64,000 nt of DNA from Candidatus Limnocylindrales bacterium (GCA_050008515.1 JBEKMM010000009.1:17912-81911), one strand, 5' to 3'; shown: positions 18,451 to 28,670, numbered from the stretch's first letter. The notes: a model not told the origin generated them from the letters alone. Numbers and translations: made by a program.

Positions 18451-19617
18451 ATGCGACTGGTCCGAGACCTCGGTCGACGCAAGCTCCGCTCGGGCTTGAC
18501 GATCACCGGCATCGCCATCGGCATCATGGCGCTCGTCGTCTTCGGCTCGATGGCCAACAAGATGAACGCCCTGATCGGCGGTGGCAGCAAGTACTACGCC
18601 GACAAGGCCGTCGTCTCCGTCGGCAACATGTACAGCGGCAACTTCCAGCCGCTGTCCCTCGCCGACCTCGATCGCATCCGCAACGTCGAGGGCGTGGCCG
18701 CGGCCACCCCGGGCATCGAGATGATGCTGTCCGACAGCGGCGGCGCCACGATGGGCATGCCCGAGATGATCGGCGGCTTCGTTCCCGGCGGGGACAAGGG
18801 CCTTGAGACGTTCAAGCTCGATGTCTCCTCCGGCCGGAAGCTGACCGCTGAGGACTCCGGCAACGTGGCGGTCCTGGGCTGCGACCTCGCTCGCAAGCTC
18901 AACGCCAGCGTCGGCGGCAAGGTAACGCTCCGCGACGTCGAGTTCACGGTCGTCGGCATCCTCGCCCCCACCCTGACGGCTCCCGACAAGGAGGCCGAGG
19001 TTCCGCTCGATGCGGCCCAGCAGCTCTTCATCAAGACCCTCCCGCCGATGGTCCAGTCGAAGATCAATGCATCTGACATTGCCACCAGCATCACCGTCTA
19101 TCCCAAGCCAGGGGTAGATCCCGAGACGCTCAAGGCCAACCTCAAGGCGGTTCTCGGCAGCGACTACACGGTCATGACGGGCAAGGACTTCGACGCGATG
19201 CTCGGCTCCTTCAGTGCCATCTTCAGCCTCGTCCTGACGGGGATCGCGATGCTCAGCTTGCTAGTCGGTGGCCTGTCCACGATCAACACCATGGCTATGT
19301 CCGTGGCCGAGCGAACCCGTGAGATCGGTATCAAGCGGGCCATCGGATCTTCCCGCTGGCGCATCCGCCGCGAGATCGTCCTCGAGTCGGCGGCCATCGG
19401 CCTCATCGCCGGCCTGATCGGGCTCGCCATCGGCGCCGTGATGACCAACTTCTTCAACGATCTCGGCCGCTCGTCCGGGAACGTGCTCTTCGACCTGACC
19501 CTCGGCACCGCGGTCACGGCAATCGCGTTCTCGACCGGGCTCGGCGCCATCGCCGGTTTCGTCCCGGCCTGGGGCGCCTCCCGCCTCGACCCCGTGACCG
19601 CCCTCCGCTACGAGTAA
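18451..19617 (+). CDS. ABC transporter permease, MacB/FtsX family
   Basis: RSGLTITGIAIGI, NTMAMSVAERTREIGIKRAIG and PAWGASRLDPVTALRYE. Confidence 0.93.
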   Translation: MRLVRDLGRRKLRSGLTITGIAIGIMALVVFGSMANKMNALIGGGSKYYADKAVVSVGNMYSGNFQPLSLADLDRIRNVEGVAAATPGIEMMLSDSGGATMGMPEMIGGFVPGGDKGLETFKLDVSSGRKLTAEDSGNVAVLGCDLARKLNASVGGKVTLRDVEFTVVGILAPTLTAPDKEAEVPLDAAQQLFIKTLPPMVQSKINASDIATSITVYPKPGVDPETLKANLKAVLGSDYTVMTGKDFDAMLGSFSAIFSLVLTGIAMLSLLVGGLSTINTMAMSVAERTREIGIKRAIGSSRWRIRREIVLESAAIGLIAGLIGLAIGAVMTNFFNDLGRSSGNVLFDLTLGTAVTAIAFSTGLGAIAGFVPAWGASRLDPVTALRYE

Positions 19618-19686
19618 CGGACAGCCTCGACCACTGACCCGAATGCATCGCGGGCCGCGCGAGCGGCCCGCCAAGGAGACAAGACA

Positions 19687-20436
19687 ATGGCAATCCTCCA
19701 TGGACGCAACCTCCGCAAGACCTACCGGCTGAGCCGCCGCAACACTGTCGAAGCCCTCAAGGGTGTCGAGATCTCGATCGAGCAGGGCGAGATGGTCGCG
19801 ATCATGGGACCGTCCGGATCCGGCAAGAGCACCCTCATGCACATCCTGGGCCTGCTCCACGCTCCGGACCCCAACCACGGCCCCGCCCCCGAGCTCTACC
19901 TCGCCGGCGAGAACGTGGCCTCGCTCTCCGACAACGCCCGGACGAAGATCCGGGCCCGCCGGATGGGCTTCGTGTTCCAGGACTTCAACCTGGTGCCGAC
20001 CCTCACCGCCCTGGAGAACGTGACCCTCGCGTGCGACTACGCCGGCATCGGCGGCAAGCAGGCGAAGCAGGCCGGGCTCGAGGCGCTGGCCCTGGTCGGG
20101 CTCGAGGATCGAGCCGGTCACAAGCCGGCCGAGCTCTCGGGCGGCGAGCAGCAGCGGGTGGCCATCGCCCGGGCGCTGGTGAACAAGCCCGAGATCATCC
20201 TGGCCGACGAGCCGACCGGCAACCTCGACTCCGATCGCAGCGCCGAGGTTCTCGCGCTGCTCCGCGAGTTCAACCGCGTGCACGGCCAGACGATCGTGCT
20301 CGTGACCCACGACTCCGAGGTCGGCGAGGCGTGCGACCGGGTCATCCGGATGCGCGACGGGCGCATCCGCGATTACGGCCAGCGCGCCGCCGCCACGCCG
20401 TCGATGGCCCTTCCGGCGATCGCCGCCACGGCCTGA
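19687..20436 (+). CDS. ABC transporter ATP-binding protein (LolD/MacB type)
   Basis: GPSGSGKS, LSGGEQQRVAIARA and LADEPTGNLD. Confidence 0.95.
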   Translation: MAILHGRNLRKTYRLSRRNTVEALKGVEISIEQGEMVAIMGPSGSGKSTLMHILGLLHAPDPNHGPAPELYLAGENVASLSDNARTKIRARRMGFVFQDFNLVPTLTALENVTLACDYAGIGGKQAKQAGLEALALVGLEDRAGHKPAELSGGEQQRVAIARALVNKPEIILADEPTGNLDSDRSAEVLALLREFNRVHGQTIVLVTHDSEVGEACDRVIRMRDGRIRDYGQRAAATPSMALPAIAATA

Positions 20437-20821
20437 CGCCGTCGGTTTGATAGAGCCCGGCTCCTCCTCGCGCCGTCGCCCTGATCCAGATTGATGGTGC
20501 GCCGGTTCGTTTCGGGGCGTAAGCTCTCGACACGGCCGGCGCACGGCCTCCGGACGGAATTCTTCGGCGGCCCTGCGGCCCCCTCCCGCGGGGCCGCCCC
20601 ATTCTTCCGCGACGCTCGCCCGGGCTCGCTGCGCTCGATTGCCGGGCCCATCTATCATGCCCAGGACGGAGTGGGCAGCCGGTCGTCCTCCTGGTCGAGG
20701 CGCCGAGATGGCGAAACCGTCGGGAACCTCGCCACCTCCTCGCCGACATCCGTTTCATGGGGCGCCCTGCTTCCCCCTCGGCTGGGCGCCCCGCCTCATC
20801 GAGGACGTCCCGGAGAAACGC

Positions 20822-21748
20822 ATGACTCGACCCGCCGCATCGAACGTCTGGCTGGACGGCAGGCTGGTCCCCTCGGACGCGGCCCACATCTCCGTATACG
20901 ACCGCGGCTTCCAGCTCGGCGACGGCGTCTTCGAGGCGTTGCGAGCGCGCCGCGGCGTGGCCATCGAGCTGATCGGGCACCTGGCTCGGCTGCACGGCGG
21001 CCTTGCCGCGCTGGCCTTCGAGATGCCGTTCGACGACGACACGGTGGCAGCCGGAGTAGCCGAGCTGCTGGCGGCCGAAGGACTCGACGGGGTCGAGCCG
21101 CCCGTCGACGCGGTCGTTCGGATCACCCTCAGCCGGGGCTTCGATCCCACCCGCGGCGTCGCGCCCAACGCGGGCGGTCGAGCGACCGTGGCCATCCAGG
21201 CCTGGCCGTACGCCCCGCCCGCGGCGCGGGCCCTGGCGCAGGGCGAGCGGTTCATCACCAGCCGCGTCCACCGCGACGCCGATTCGCCGATCTCCGGCAT
21301 CAAGACGACGTCTCGGGCGGAGCTGGTCTACGCCCGCATCGAGGCCGAGCGAGCCGGGGCCGACGACGCCATCTTCCTGACCAGAGACGGTCGAATCACC
21401 GAAGCCACGACCTCCAACGTCCTCCTGATCGAGGGCGACACCTGCGCCACGCCCCGGCTCGGCACGGGGCTCCTGGCCGGCACCACGCGGGCCTGGCTCG
21501 TGGAGCACGGCGATGCCGTCGGTCTGGCCATGGTCGAGCGCGACCTGACGCTCGAAGATGCCTTTGCGGCCGACGAGATGGCCATCTGCGCCAGCATCGG
21601 CGGCGTCATACCGGTCAGCTCCCTGGACGGCCGATCGATCGGCGACGGCAAGCCGGGCCCGCGGACGATCGCCATGCGGGCGGCTCGCGAACGGTGGATC
21701 GACGAAGTCTCGCTCGAGGGCGTCCGGGCGCGGCTGGCAGGCCGCTGA
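20822..21748 (+). CDS. Aminotransferase class IV (IlvE/PabC family)
   Basis: DRGFQLGDGVFE, HLARL, EATTSN and LLAGTTR; GGAG RBS. Confidence 0.9.
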   Translation: MTRPAASNVWLDGRLVPSDAAHISVYDRGFQLGDGVFEALRARRGVAIELIGHLARLHGGLAALAFEMPFDDDTVAAGVAELLAAEGLDGVEPPVDAVVRITLSRGFDPTRGVAPNAGGRATVAIQAWPYAPPAARALAQGERFITSRVHRDADSPISGIKTTSRAELVYARIEAERAGADDAIFLTRDGRITEATTSNVLLIEGDTCATPRLGTGLLAGTTRAWLVEHGDAVGLAMVERDLTLEDAFAADEMAICASIGGVIPVSSLDGRSIGDGKPGPRTIAMRAARERWIDEVSLEGVRARLAGR

Positions 21749-21820
21749 GCAACCGGCCTCGCTCGTGCGACGGGCCGGGCTCGCTGACGACTCGGGCCTC
21801 GTCAGGCTAGACTTCGACCC

Positions 21821-22444
21821 GTGACAGAGAGTAACGACGCCCCCACGCCCAAGCGCGCCTCCAGGGTCGCCGCGAAGGCGGCGACGCCCGCCGGCCCGAA
21901 GCCGGCACGGTCGAGCCGACCCGGCAAGCAGGGGGTGGTTGCCGTCGCGCCCGAGCCGACCCACCGCCACCCCAACCTGGGCCTCGCCCCGATCGACATG
22001 ACCGCCGGCTTCCCCGCCGCGGCCGCCGCCCTCCGCCGCAACGAGGCGGCAATCGCCGCCCGCGCCCTCGAGGCCGCCATCGCCGCCGATCCAGAACTAC
22101 AGCTCCGCTTCGACGACGCCGGCCTGCGCCAGCTGCTCCACGACGCCGAGGTGTTGATCGAGCGGCTGGCCATGTGCGTTGCCGCCAACGACTCGCGTCC
22201 GATGGCCGAGTACGCCGAGTGGATCGGCCCCACCTTCCGCCGCCGGGGAGTGTCGCTCTGGGACGTCGCCGCCCTGTGCAACGGCATCCGCGAGACGGCT
22301 ACGCCCAAGCTCGGGGACGACGAGGCCGGGGCTCTGGGTCGCGCGCTCGACGCCGCCGTCGAAGTCTTGCGGAAGAACGGCCGCCTGGGCGGCGATGGGC
22401 ACAAGCGCAACGGCCTGCTCAAGTGGCTCTATCGCGGCGTATGA
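21821..22444 (+). CDS. Hypothetical all-alpha protein resembling globin/phycobiliprotein-like domains
   Basis: HDAEVLIERLAMCVAANDSRPMAEYAEW...RRGV pattern; TAGACT lies 7 nt before the GTG. Confidence 0.55.
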   Translation: MTESNDAPTPKRASRVAAKAATPAGPKPARSSRPGKQGVVAVAPEPTHRHPNLGLAPIDMTAGFPAAAAALRRNEAAIAARALEAAIAADPELQLRFDDAGLRQLLHDAEVLIERLAMCVAANDSRPMAEYAEWIGPTFRRRGVSLWDVAALCNGIRETATPKLGDDEAGALGRALDAAVEVLRKNGRLGGDGHKRNGLLKWLYRGV

Positions 22445-22508
22445 CCGCGACGCATCGGGCCGCGGCGGGCGGGACCAACCTGGGGCGGACGACGGACTGG
22501 AGGCAGCC

Positions 22509-22862
22509 GTGACGATCAAGTGGGTGAAGGTCGATCCGCTCGTCATGCGCGGCGAGCCCTTTTGCTATGGCACGCGCCTGACCGTCCGCCAGCTCCTGGA
22601 GCTGCGTCGCTCCGGATACGACCCGGCCCGCCTTCTGCGCGAGCATCCCGAGCTGCGCATCGTCGGCATCGCCCATGCCTATCGCTACGCCGCGGAGCAC
22701 CGCGAGCGTTACGGGGAGTTCTTCGAGCGCGACGGATCGCTGGCCGGCCCCGGCCTGACGGCCGAGGACGCGGCGATCCTGCCCGAGGACCTGCGCCTCC
22801 CCGGCGTGGTGGTCGCCGGCAAGCCCAAGGCCGCCGCCCGAGGCTCGAAAGCCTCCGCCTGA
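22509..22862 (+). CDS. DUF433-domain protein
   Basis: VDPLVMRGEPFCYGTRLTVRQLLEL...LLREHPEL; GGAGG RBS before the GTG. Confidence 0.8.
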   Translation: MTIKWVKVDPLVMRGEPFCYGTRLTVRQLLELRRSGYDPARLLREHPELRIVGIAHAYRYAAEHRERYGEFFERDGSLAGPGLTAEDAAILPEDLRLPGVVVAGKPKAAARGSKASA

Positions 22863-22956
22863 GACAGCGACCGGGGCGTCCGGCGACGGGCCACCCGCCG
22901 GCGCACTCAGGGCCGGATTCGACTATTCCGATGAAACTGCTAGGATATCGAACGCC

Positions 22957-23337
22957 ATGAGCGATCCGATGCCGGCCGTCGAGGCCGCCCCCAACGAGCC
23001 CACCGCGGCCCCCGTCCCCGCCGACGCGGCGACGCAAGCCGAGCCCGTCTTCGACATGACCCGCCGGGCGACCGAGCTGGCCATCCTCGACGCCCTCCGG
23101 GCCGTCGTCGACCCCGAACTGGGGATGGACGTCGTCGAGCTGGCCCTGATCAGGCAGATCATCATTGGCACCGAGGCGTCGGAGATCAAGATGGTCCTGA
23201 CGACCCCGTTCTGCCCTTACGCCGGCTCGATGGTCCAGCAGATCAAGGACCAGGCCGAGTCGGTGCTCGATCATCCGGTCAAGGTCACGCTGCTGGCCGA
23301 GCGATGGGATCCCCGCGACGCCGGCCTGATGTGGTAA
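22957..23337 (+). CDS. DUF59/SufT-like Fe-S cluster assembly protein
   Basis: LRAVVDPELGMDVVELALI and LTTPFCP. Confidence 0.88.
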   Translation: MSDPMPAVEAAPNEPTAAPVPADAATQAEPVFDMTRRATELAILDALRAVVDPELGMDVVELALIRQIIIGTEASEIKMVLTTPFCPYAGSMVQQIKDQAESVLDHPVKVTLLAERWDPRDAGLMW

Positions 23338-23361
23338 GCCTCTAGCAGTCAGGGGGAGGCC

Positions 23362-23988
23362 ATGAGCGAGAGACGCGGACGCAAGTCGGCCGTGGCCACC
23401 GGGCGCGGCGATGACGGGACCACGGGGCTCCTCTTCGGCGGCCCGCGCATCTCCAAGGACGACCCTCGGACGGAGGCCTACGGGGCCATCGATGAGGCGA
23501 TAGCAGCGCTCGGGCTGGCTCGCGCGGAACTCGCCGTCAAGGCCCAGTCGGGAACGCTGCCGCGCGTCATCGCCGGGCTGCCGGAGGTGATCCTTCGCGT
23601 CCAGCGCGAGCTCTTCGTGGTCGGCGCCGAGCTGGCGACCGCCCCCGGCGCGACGGACCGCCAGCGCCCCGGCGAGACGCGAGTGACCGCGGAGATGGTC
23701 GGCGGCCTCGACGAGCTGCTCGACGAAACGGAGGAGAACGTCACGCTGCCCAGGGAGTTCGTCGTCCCGGGCGAGACGCGTCTCTCGGCCGCGCTCGAGC
23801 TGGCGCGAACGATCGTGAGGCGGGCGGAGCGGCGAGCCGTCGCGGTGCGCAGGGCCGAGCCACTCCCCAACGACCAGCTCGTGCCGTACCTGAACCGCCT
23901 CGCGGACCTGCTCTGGATCCTTGCCCGAGCCGCCGAACAGGGCGAGTCGCGCGCGGCGACGCCATCGAAGGCGGCCCCGGAGCGCTGA
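23362..23988 (+). CDS. pduO: PduO-type ATP:cob(I)alamin adenosyltransferase
   Basis: TGRGDDGTTGL, AYGAIDE, ARTIVRRAER and YLNRLADLL. Confidence 0.9.
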   Translation: MSERRGRKSAVATGRGDDGTTGLLFGGPRISKDDPRTEAYGAIDEAIAALGLARAELAVKAQSGTLPRVIAGLPEVILRVQRELFVVGAELATAPGATDRQRPGETRVTAEMVGGLDELLDETEENVTLPREFVVPGETRLSAALELARTIVRRAERRAVAVRRAEPLPNDQLVPYLNRLADLLWILARAAEQGESRAATPSKAAPER

Positions 23989-24180
23989 CCGGGCGGGCGG
24001 CCGACGCGTGGCCGCGGCGAGATCCGCAACCCCCATCGCACCGTAACCTGCGCGCGACCGTCAGTCGCAACTCAGCCGACAGGCGTAGGATCGACCCGCG
24101 CGATCGGGCGACCGGTCGCCGGCCGAGGGCCCACGGCCCCGGCCACCAGGACTGACAGCAGCCTCAATCGGAGAAGATCC

Positions 24181-24894
24181 GTGTACAACGACTACTCGCC
24201 CGAGCGCCTGGGCGTTCGTCCGACCGCTCAGCTTGCCAACCGATTCCTGACCGACGCATTCGTGTGGATGTTCCTCGCCGTCCTGCTCAGCGGCATGGTC
24301 GCGTGGATCGTTCAGAGCAACCTGAGCCTGCTCCAGTCGATCGTCGACCTGCGGATGCCGCTCTTCATCGCCCAGCTCGGCCTGGGCCTGGGGCTCCAGC
24401 TGGGCATCCGCCGCCTCAACGCCAGCCTGGCCCTGGCCCTGTTCTTCGCGTACGCGGCCCTGATGGGCCTGACGATCGGCGTCTGGGTGTGGTGGTACGC
24501 CACCGCCAACGACAACCCGATGTCGGTCGTCCAGGCGTTCGTATCGGCGTCCGCCGCCTTCGGTGGAGCCGCCATCTTCGGTGTCGTGACCCGGCGGTCC
24601 CTGGCCAGCGTCGGCTCCATCCTCTTCATGGGCGCCTGGGGCCTCTTCGTCGCGTTCCTGCTCAACGGGTTCATCCTGCACAGCTCCACCATGGATCTCG
24701 TGCTGTCCGTCGTGGGTGTCGTGATCTTCACGGCACTGGCGGCATGGACGACCCAGCGGATCTCGCGGGGCGACTTCGCGGCGATAACCGGCTCGATGGA
24801 GAAGGCCTCCGTCTACGGCGCGATCCTCCTCTACATCGAGTTCATCAACATCTTCCTGATGCTTCTCCGGATCTTCGGCGGCGGCCGCCGCTGA
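24181..24894 (+). CDS. Bax inhibitor-1/YccA family membrane protein
   Basis: About seven TM helices and C-terminal GAILLYIEFINIFLMLLRIFG. Confidence 0.9.
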   Translation: MYNDYSPERLGVRPTAQLANRFLTDAFVWMFLAVLLSGMVAWIVQSNLSLLQSIVDLRMPLFIAQLGLGLGLQLGIRRLNASLALALFFAYAALMGLTIGVWVWWYATANDNPMSVVQAFVSASAAFGGAAIFGVVTRRSLASVGSILFMGAWGLFVAFLLNGFILHSSTMDLVLSVVGVVIFTALAAWTTQRISRGDFAAITGSMEKASVYGAILLYIEFINIFLMLLRIFGGGRR

Positions 24895-24981
24895 GGGGCC
24901 GCGCCCCGGCCGGCCAGGCCGTGGTCGCCGATTCAGGATCCGTGCCGGGCAGCAAGCGCCTCGCTGTCGCATGATGGCGAC

Positions 24982-26301
24982 GTGACCGAACGCTCCGGAC
25001 CGTCGATCCGCCCCGCCGTGGCAGCCCTTGCGGCCGCCCTGCTCGTCGCCGCGATGGCGGCGTGCGGCAGCTCCAACCCGACCCAACCGCCGGCGCCCAG
25101 CCAGACGGGAGTCGCGAGCACGGCCAGTCTCGGCGCGCCGACCGCGGTAACCGAGACGCCGACCGCGCTTCCGACCGGGCCATTGGCTTCCCCCGCCGAC
25201 ATCTATCCCGTCCCAACCCTGAGACTGCCCCCGCCGGCGGGCGCGCCCGCCGCGACCCTCAACCCGACGACCACAGCCATCCTGGACAAGACGATCAAGA
25301 GCGTTCGTTCGCAGGGCGCCTTTCCGGGCATCGCCGTGAGCATCGTCTTCCCCGACGGCTCGACGTGGACGGGCGCCTCCGGCTCGGCGGTCCTGTCGAG
25401 TCGAAGACCGGTCACGGCCGACACGCTCTTCTCCGTCGGCAGCATCAGCAAGACGTTCGTGGCGGCCCTCACCCTGCGGCTCGCCGAGCGGGGCACGATC
25501 GGCCTGGACGACGCGCTCTCCAAGTACCTGCCCACGTACCCCAACGCGAGCCACATCACCCTGCGCCAGCTGCTCAACCACCGCAGCGGCATCCGTGACG
25601 TCTTCGACTCGGCGAGCATGGACAAGGCCATCCTGTCGAACCCGAGCAAGCTCTGGACGGTGGATGAAGTCCTGGCCCGAATCGGCAAGCCATATTTCGC
25701 CCCGGGGCGCAACTACCACTACTCGAACACGAACTACATCCTGCTGAGCGTCGCGATCGAGAAGGCGACGGGCCAGACCCTCGCCTCGCTCGTTCGCTCG
25801 GAGTTCCTCGATCCGCTCGGAATGACGAGCACCTGGTTCCAGCCCGAGGAGCAGGTCGCCAGCGCGGCTTTCGCCCATGGCTACATGGGCCCGTCGAGCA
25901 AGCCGCGCGACATATCCGCGGGCCAGAAGATGCTGCCCTACAACTCCGAGGCGACGGTGGCCGGGTCGGCCGGCGGGTTCGTCTCGACTGCGCCCGACCT
26001 GGCGCGCTGGGCCTCCGCCCTATACGGCGGCGCCGTGCTGGACCAGGCCGCCCTGGCGTCGATGATCGACGTCTCGGCCACGCTGCCGTACGGGCCCAGC
26101 TACCCGTACGGGTTCGGCTTCGAGCGGACGGCGATCGCCAGGCGCATCGCCTGGGGCCACCGGGGCCATCTCGACGGCTTCTGGTCGGCGATGTGGTACC
26201 TGCCGGACTCCCGCATCACGATCGTCGTCCTGACCAACGACGAATGGACGAACGTCCAGTCGGTGACGGCGCAGTTCGTGCAGGCCCTGCTCGGGAAGTA
26301 G
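24982..26301 (+). CDS. Serine hydrolase (AmpC/beta-lactamase family) lipoprotein
   Basis: Lipobox MAAC, Pro/Thr linker, SISK (SxxK), LLNHRSG, YSNTNY and GHRG. Confidence 0.9.
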   Translation: MTERSGPSIRPAVAALAAALLVAAMAACGSSNPTQPPAPSQTGVASTASLGAPTAVTETPTALPTGPLASPADIYPVPTLRLPPPAGAPAATLNPTTTAILDKTIKSVRSQGAFPGIAVSIVFPDGSTWTGASGSAVLSSRRPVTADTLFSVGSISKTFVAALTLRLAERGTIGLDDALSKYLPTYPNASHITLRQLLNHRSGIRDVFDSASMDKAILSNPSKLWTVDEVLARIGKPYFAPGRNYHYSNTNYILLSVAIEKATGQTLASLVRSEFLDPLGMTSTWFQPEEQVASAAFAHGYMGPSSKPRDISAGQKMLPYNSEATVAGSAGGFVSTAPDLARWASALYGGAVLDQAALASMIDVSATLPYGPSYPYGFGFERTAIARRIAWGHRGHLDGFWSAMWYLPDSRITIVVLTNDEWTNVQSVTAQFVQALLGK

Positions 26302-26377
26302 CCGCGGCGCCGGGCAGCGCTGGGCAGCGCCGGGCAGCGCCGGGCAGCGCCGGGAAGTAGCCGCAGCGCCGGGCAGC
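26292..26377. repeat. Four-copy 10-bp tandem repeat within a 27-bp duplication
   Basis: (C/T)GGGCAGCGC four times at 26311-26350; CGGGAAGTAGCCGC(G/A)GCGCCGGGCAGC at 26292 and 26351. Confidence 0.75.
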
Positions 26378-26412
26378 ACCGATCAGGCGACGACTGTTCA
26401 GGGTCGCGAATC

Positions 26413-26440
26413 AAAGAGCCCGGCGAAACCGCCGGGCTCT
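26413..26440 (-). terminator. Intrinsic terminator-like hairpin
   Basis: AGAGCCCGGCG-AAAC-CGCCGGGCTCT, followed by a short U run on the minus strand. Confidence 0.6.
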
Positions 26441-26470
26441 CGTCTTCAGTTCGGGCCTCTCGGCCGGGGG

Positions 26471-26821
26471 CTACCCACGACGGGCGGTGAAGCAGTCGCT
26501 GCAGTAGACCGGCTTGGCGCCGCTCGGCCGGAACGGGACCTGGGCCTCGCGGCCGCAGCTCGAGCACGTAGCCGAGAACATCTCACGCGGGCCCGAAGAG
26601 TAGCCGCCGCGACCGCCGCCGCCGCCACCCATGTGGGAACCGCCACCGAAATCACCGCGCTGGGCCTTGCGGGCGGCGCGGCACGTGGGGCAGCGCCGCG
26701 GCTCGCTGAACTGTCGCTCAGCGAAGAAGGCCTGCTCGCTCGCGCTGAAGACGAACTCCTGGTTGCAGTCCTGGCAAACCAGGGTCTTGTCCGATGCGTA
26801 CAAAGAACGCTCCTTGCTCAT
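26471..26821 (-). CDS. Double zinc-ribbon protein (zf-trcl plus CxxC-x17-CxxC)
   Basis: CQDC/CPTC, a Gly-rich linker and CSSC...VPFRP...PVYCSDC. Confidence 0.9.
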   Translation of the reverse strand: MSKERSLYASDKTLVCQDCNQEFVFSASEQAFFAERQFSEPRRCPTCRAARKAQRGDFGGGSHMGGGGGGRGGYSSGPREMFSATCSSCGREAQVPFRPSGAKPVYCSDCFTARRG

Positions 26822-26949
26822 GCGGCCTCAGCGACACGTCTGTCTCGCCGAGAACCGTTGAGAGGAGCGATCGTGGCAGCCGCTGGATTCGGGGCCTATT
26901 GGCCCGTTGGCCGGAGCGTACACGTATCGCGGGCGCTTTGTCTACTGTC

Positions 26950-28650
26950 TCAGTACATGACAGCCATACCGCCGCCGGCTCCCTTGGCGCGGTACATCGC
27001 CTCGTCTGCGCGCCGCACCAACGCCGGTCCGTCGGCGCCGCTCGTGCGCTGCCACGCGATGCCCACGCTGGCGCCCATCTGCAGACGGAATCCGTTCCTG
27101 TCGGACAGTGCGCCGAGGATTCGTTCGGCCACCATCTGGGCTTCCGTCTCGATGACGTTTGGCAGGATGACGGCGAATTCGTCGCCGCCCATTCGCGCGA
27201 TGTCGTCGGTTTCGCGGACCACGTCCCGAAGCCGCTCCGCGACCGCGACCAGCATCTCGTCGCCGACATCGTGGCCGAATATGTCGTTGACTTCCTTGAA
27301 GTGGTCGAGGTCTATCCATACGACTGCCACACCGCGGTCACTGACTCGGAGAGCATGGTCCAGGCGCTCGCCGAACATGATGCGATTGGCCAGGCCGGTT
27401 AGCGGATCGTGCATGGCCCGGTACGCCAGCTCGGCCTGGAGGCGCTCCTGCTCGCGCAGCAGCTGCTGCAGTTCGGCGTTGGCCGCGCCTATGTCGGTGT
27501 TGGCCGCCTCCAGCTCGGCGTTGGCGTGCTCGAACTCGCGGGTGCGCTCCTCGACCCGGCATTCGAGCTCCTCTGCCAGCCGGCGCAGGTCGTCCTCGGC
27601 CCGCTGACGCTCGGCGATCTTCCAGACCACGTCCATCATCTGGGTCAACTGGGTGACATCCGCATCGGTGTAGGCGGTGGGCTTGTTGGCCACACCGACG
27701 ACGGCGACGATCTTGCCGCGGCTTACGACCGGGACCGTCATGAAACGCGTCAGCGGCGCGTGCCCCTCGGGATAGCCGCGCTTGAGCGGGTGCGGGGCCG
27801 CGAAGTCGTTGACGACGATGGCCCGGCGCTGCCGGACCGCTTCGCCCCAGATGCCGATCTCGGACAGCCGGCTCGTCTGGTGTCGGTTGGTGATGCGACA
27901 GGCGCCCATCACCGCCTTCGACCAGGCATGACGGGCGAACTCCCCCGTCTCCTCACTGTAGTAGTAGATGTAGCCGTAGACGCTGTCGCTGAGGGTGACG
28001 ATTTCCTCGAGCGTCGCGTCCAGGAGCTCCGCGAGGCTCCCGCTCTCCAGTCCCGAGATCCGAACGAGCGCTCGAAGCCGGGCATCCTCCGCTCGTTGAG
28101 CTTCTTCGGCCCGCTTGCGGGCCGAGATGTCGCGCATGATCGACTGGCTCTGGCCGTCGGGAAGCCAGGCCACGCTGACGTCGACCGGGAGGCTCGAGCC
28201 GTCCTTGCGACGGAGCCGGCGCTCGAAGCGAACGATGGTTCCGGCGGGCGTCTTCTGCCGGCGCTGGCGGCCGAGGTCTCGATCCTCGGGCAGGTACGTG
28301 TCGAGCAGGTCCAGGCCGACGATCTCGTCCGGGTCGTAGCCGGTCATCTCGCACGACTGGGAGTTGGACAGGGTGATGAGCCCCTTGCCGTCGACGACGA
28401 GGATCCCATCGGCGGCCTGCTCGATCAGGATGCGGAAGTGGCGCTCGCTGTCCGCCAGGGCCTCGAGGATTGGATCGAGGCGGGGCAGGGCCATCGCCGA
28501 CGGACTTGCCGACTGCAGGACGGGCGGCGGCAGGGGGGCGAAGGCGACGCGGTGGCCCGCTCGATGGCGCGACGCAGCGCCCGCCGGTGCGGCAGCTCCA
28601 CCGCGTGACGCCGGTGCGCCCGCACGTCGAACCATGGTGGTCGGACCCAT
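26950..28650 (-). CDS. PAS-GAF-GGDEF diguanylate cyclase
   Basis: PAS (RRKDGS...RDIS), GAF (VVGVANK), a coiled coil, HDPLTGLANR and ARMGGDEF. Start uncertain. Confidence 0.9.
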   Translation of the reverse strand: MGPTTMVRRAGAPASRGGAAAPAGAASRHRAGHRVAFAPLPPPVLQSASPSAMALPRLDPILEALADSERHFRILIEQAADGILVVDGKGLITLSNSQSCEMTGYDPDEIVGLDLLDTYLPEDRDLGRQRRQKTPAGTIVRFERRLRRKDGSSLPVDVSVAWLPDGQSQSIMRDISARKRAEEAQRAEDARLRALVRISGLESGSLAELLDATLEEIVTLSDSVYGYIYYYSEETGEFARHAWSKAVMGACRITNRHQTSRLSEIGIWGEAVRQRRAIVVNDFAAPHPLKRGYPEGHAPLTRFMTVPVVSRGKIVAVVGVANKPTAYTDADVTQLTQMMDVVWKIAERQRAEDDLRRLAEELECRVEERTREFEHANAELEAANTDIGAANAELQQLLREQERLQAELAYRAMHDPLTGLANRIMFGERLDHALRVSDRGVAVVWIDLDHFKEVNDIFGHDVGDEMLVAVAERLRDVVRETDDIARMGGDEFAVILPNVIETEAQMVAERILGALSDRNGFRLQMGASVGIAWQRTSGADGPALVRRADEAMYRAKGAGGGMAVMY

Positions 28651-28670
28651 CCTTTCGCGAATCGGTTGAT

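Noticed and set aside
26292-26377. Tandem repeats considered as a CRISPR-like array
   Set aside because: The units are 10 bp with no unique spacers and no cas genes, consistent with slippage duplication.
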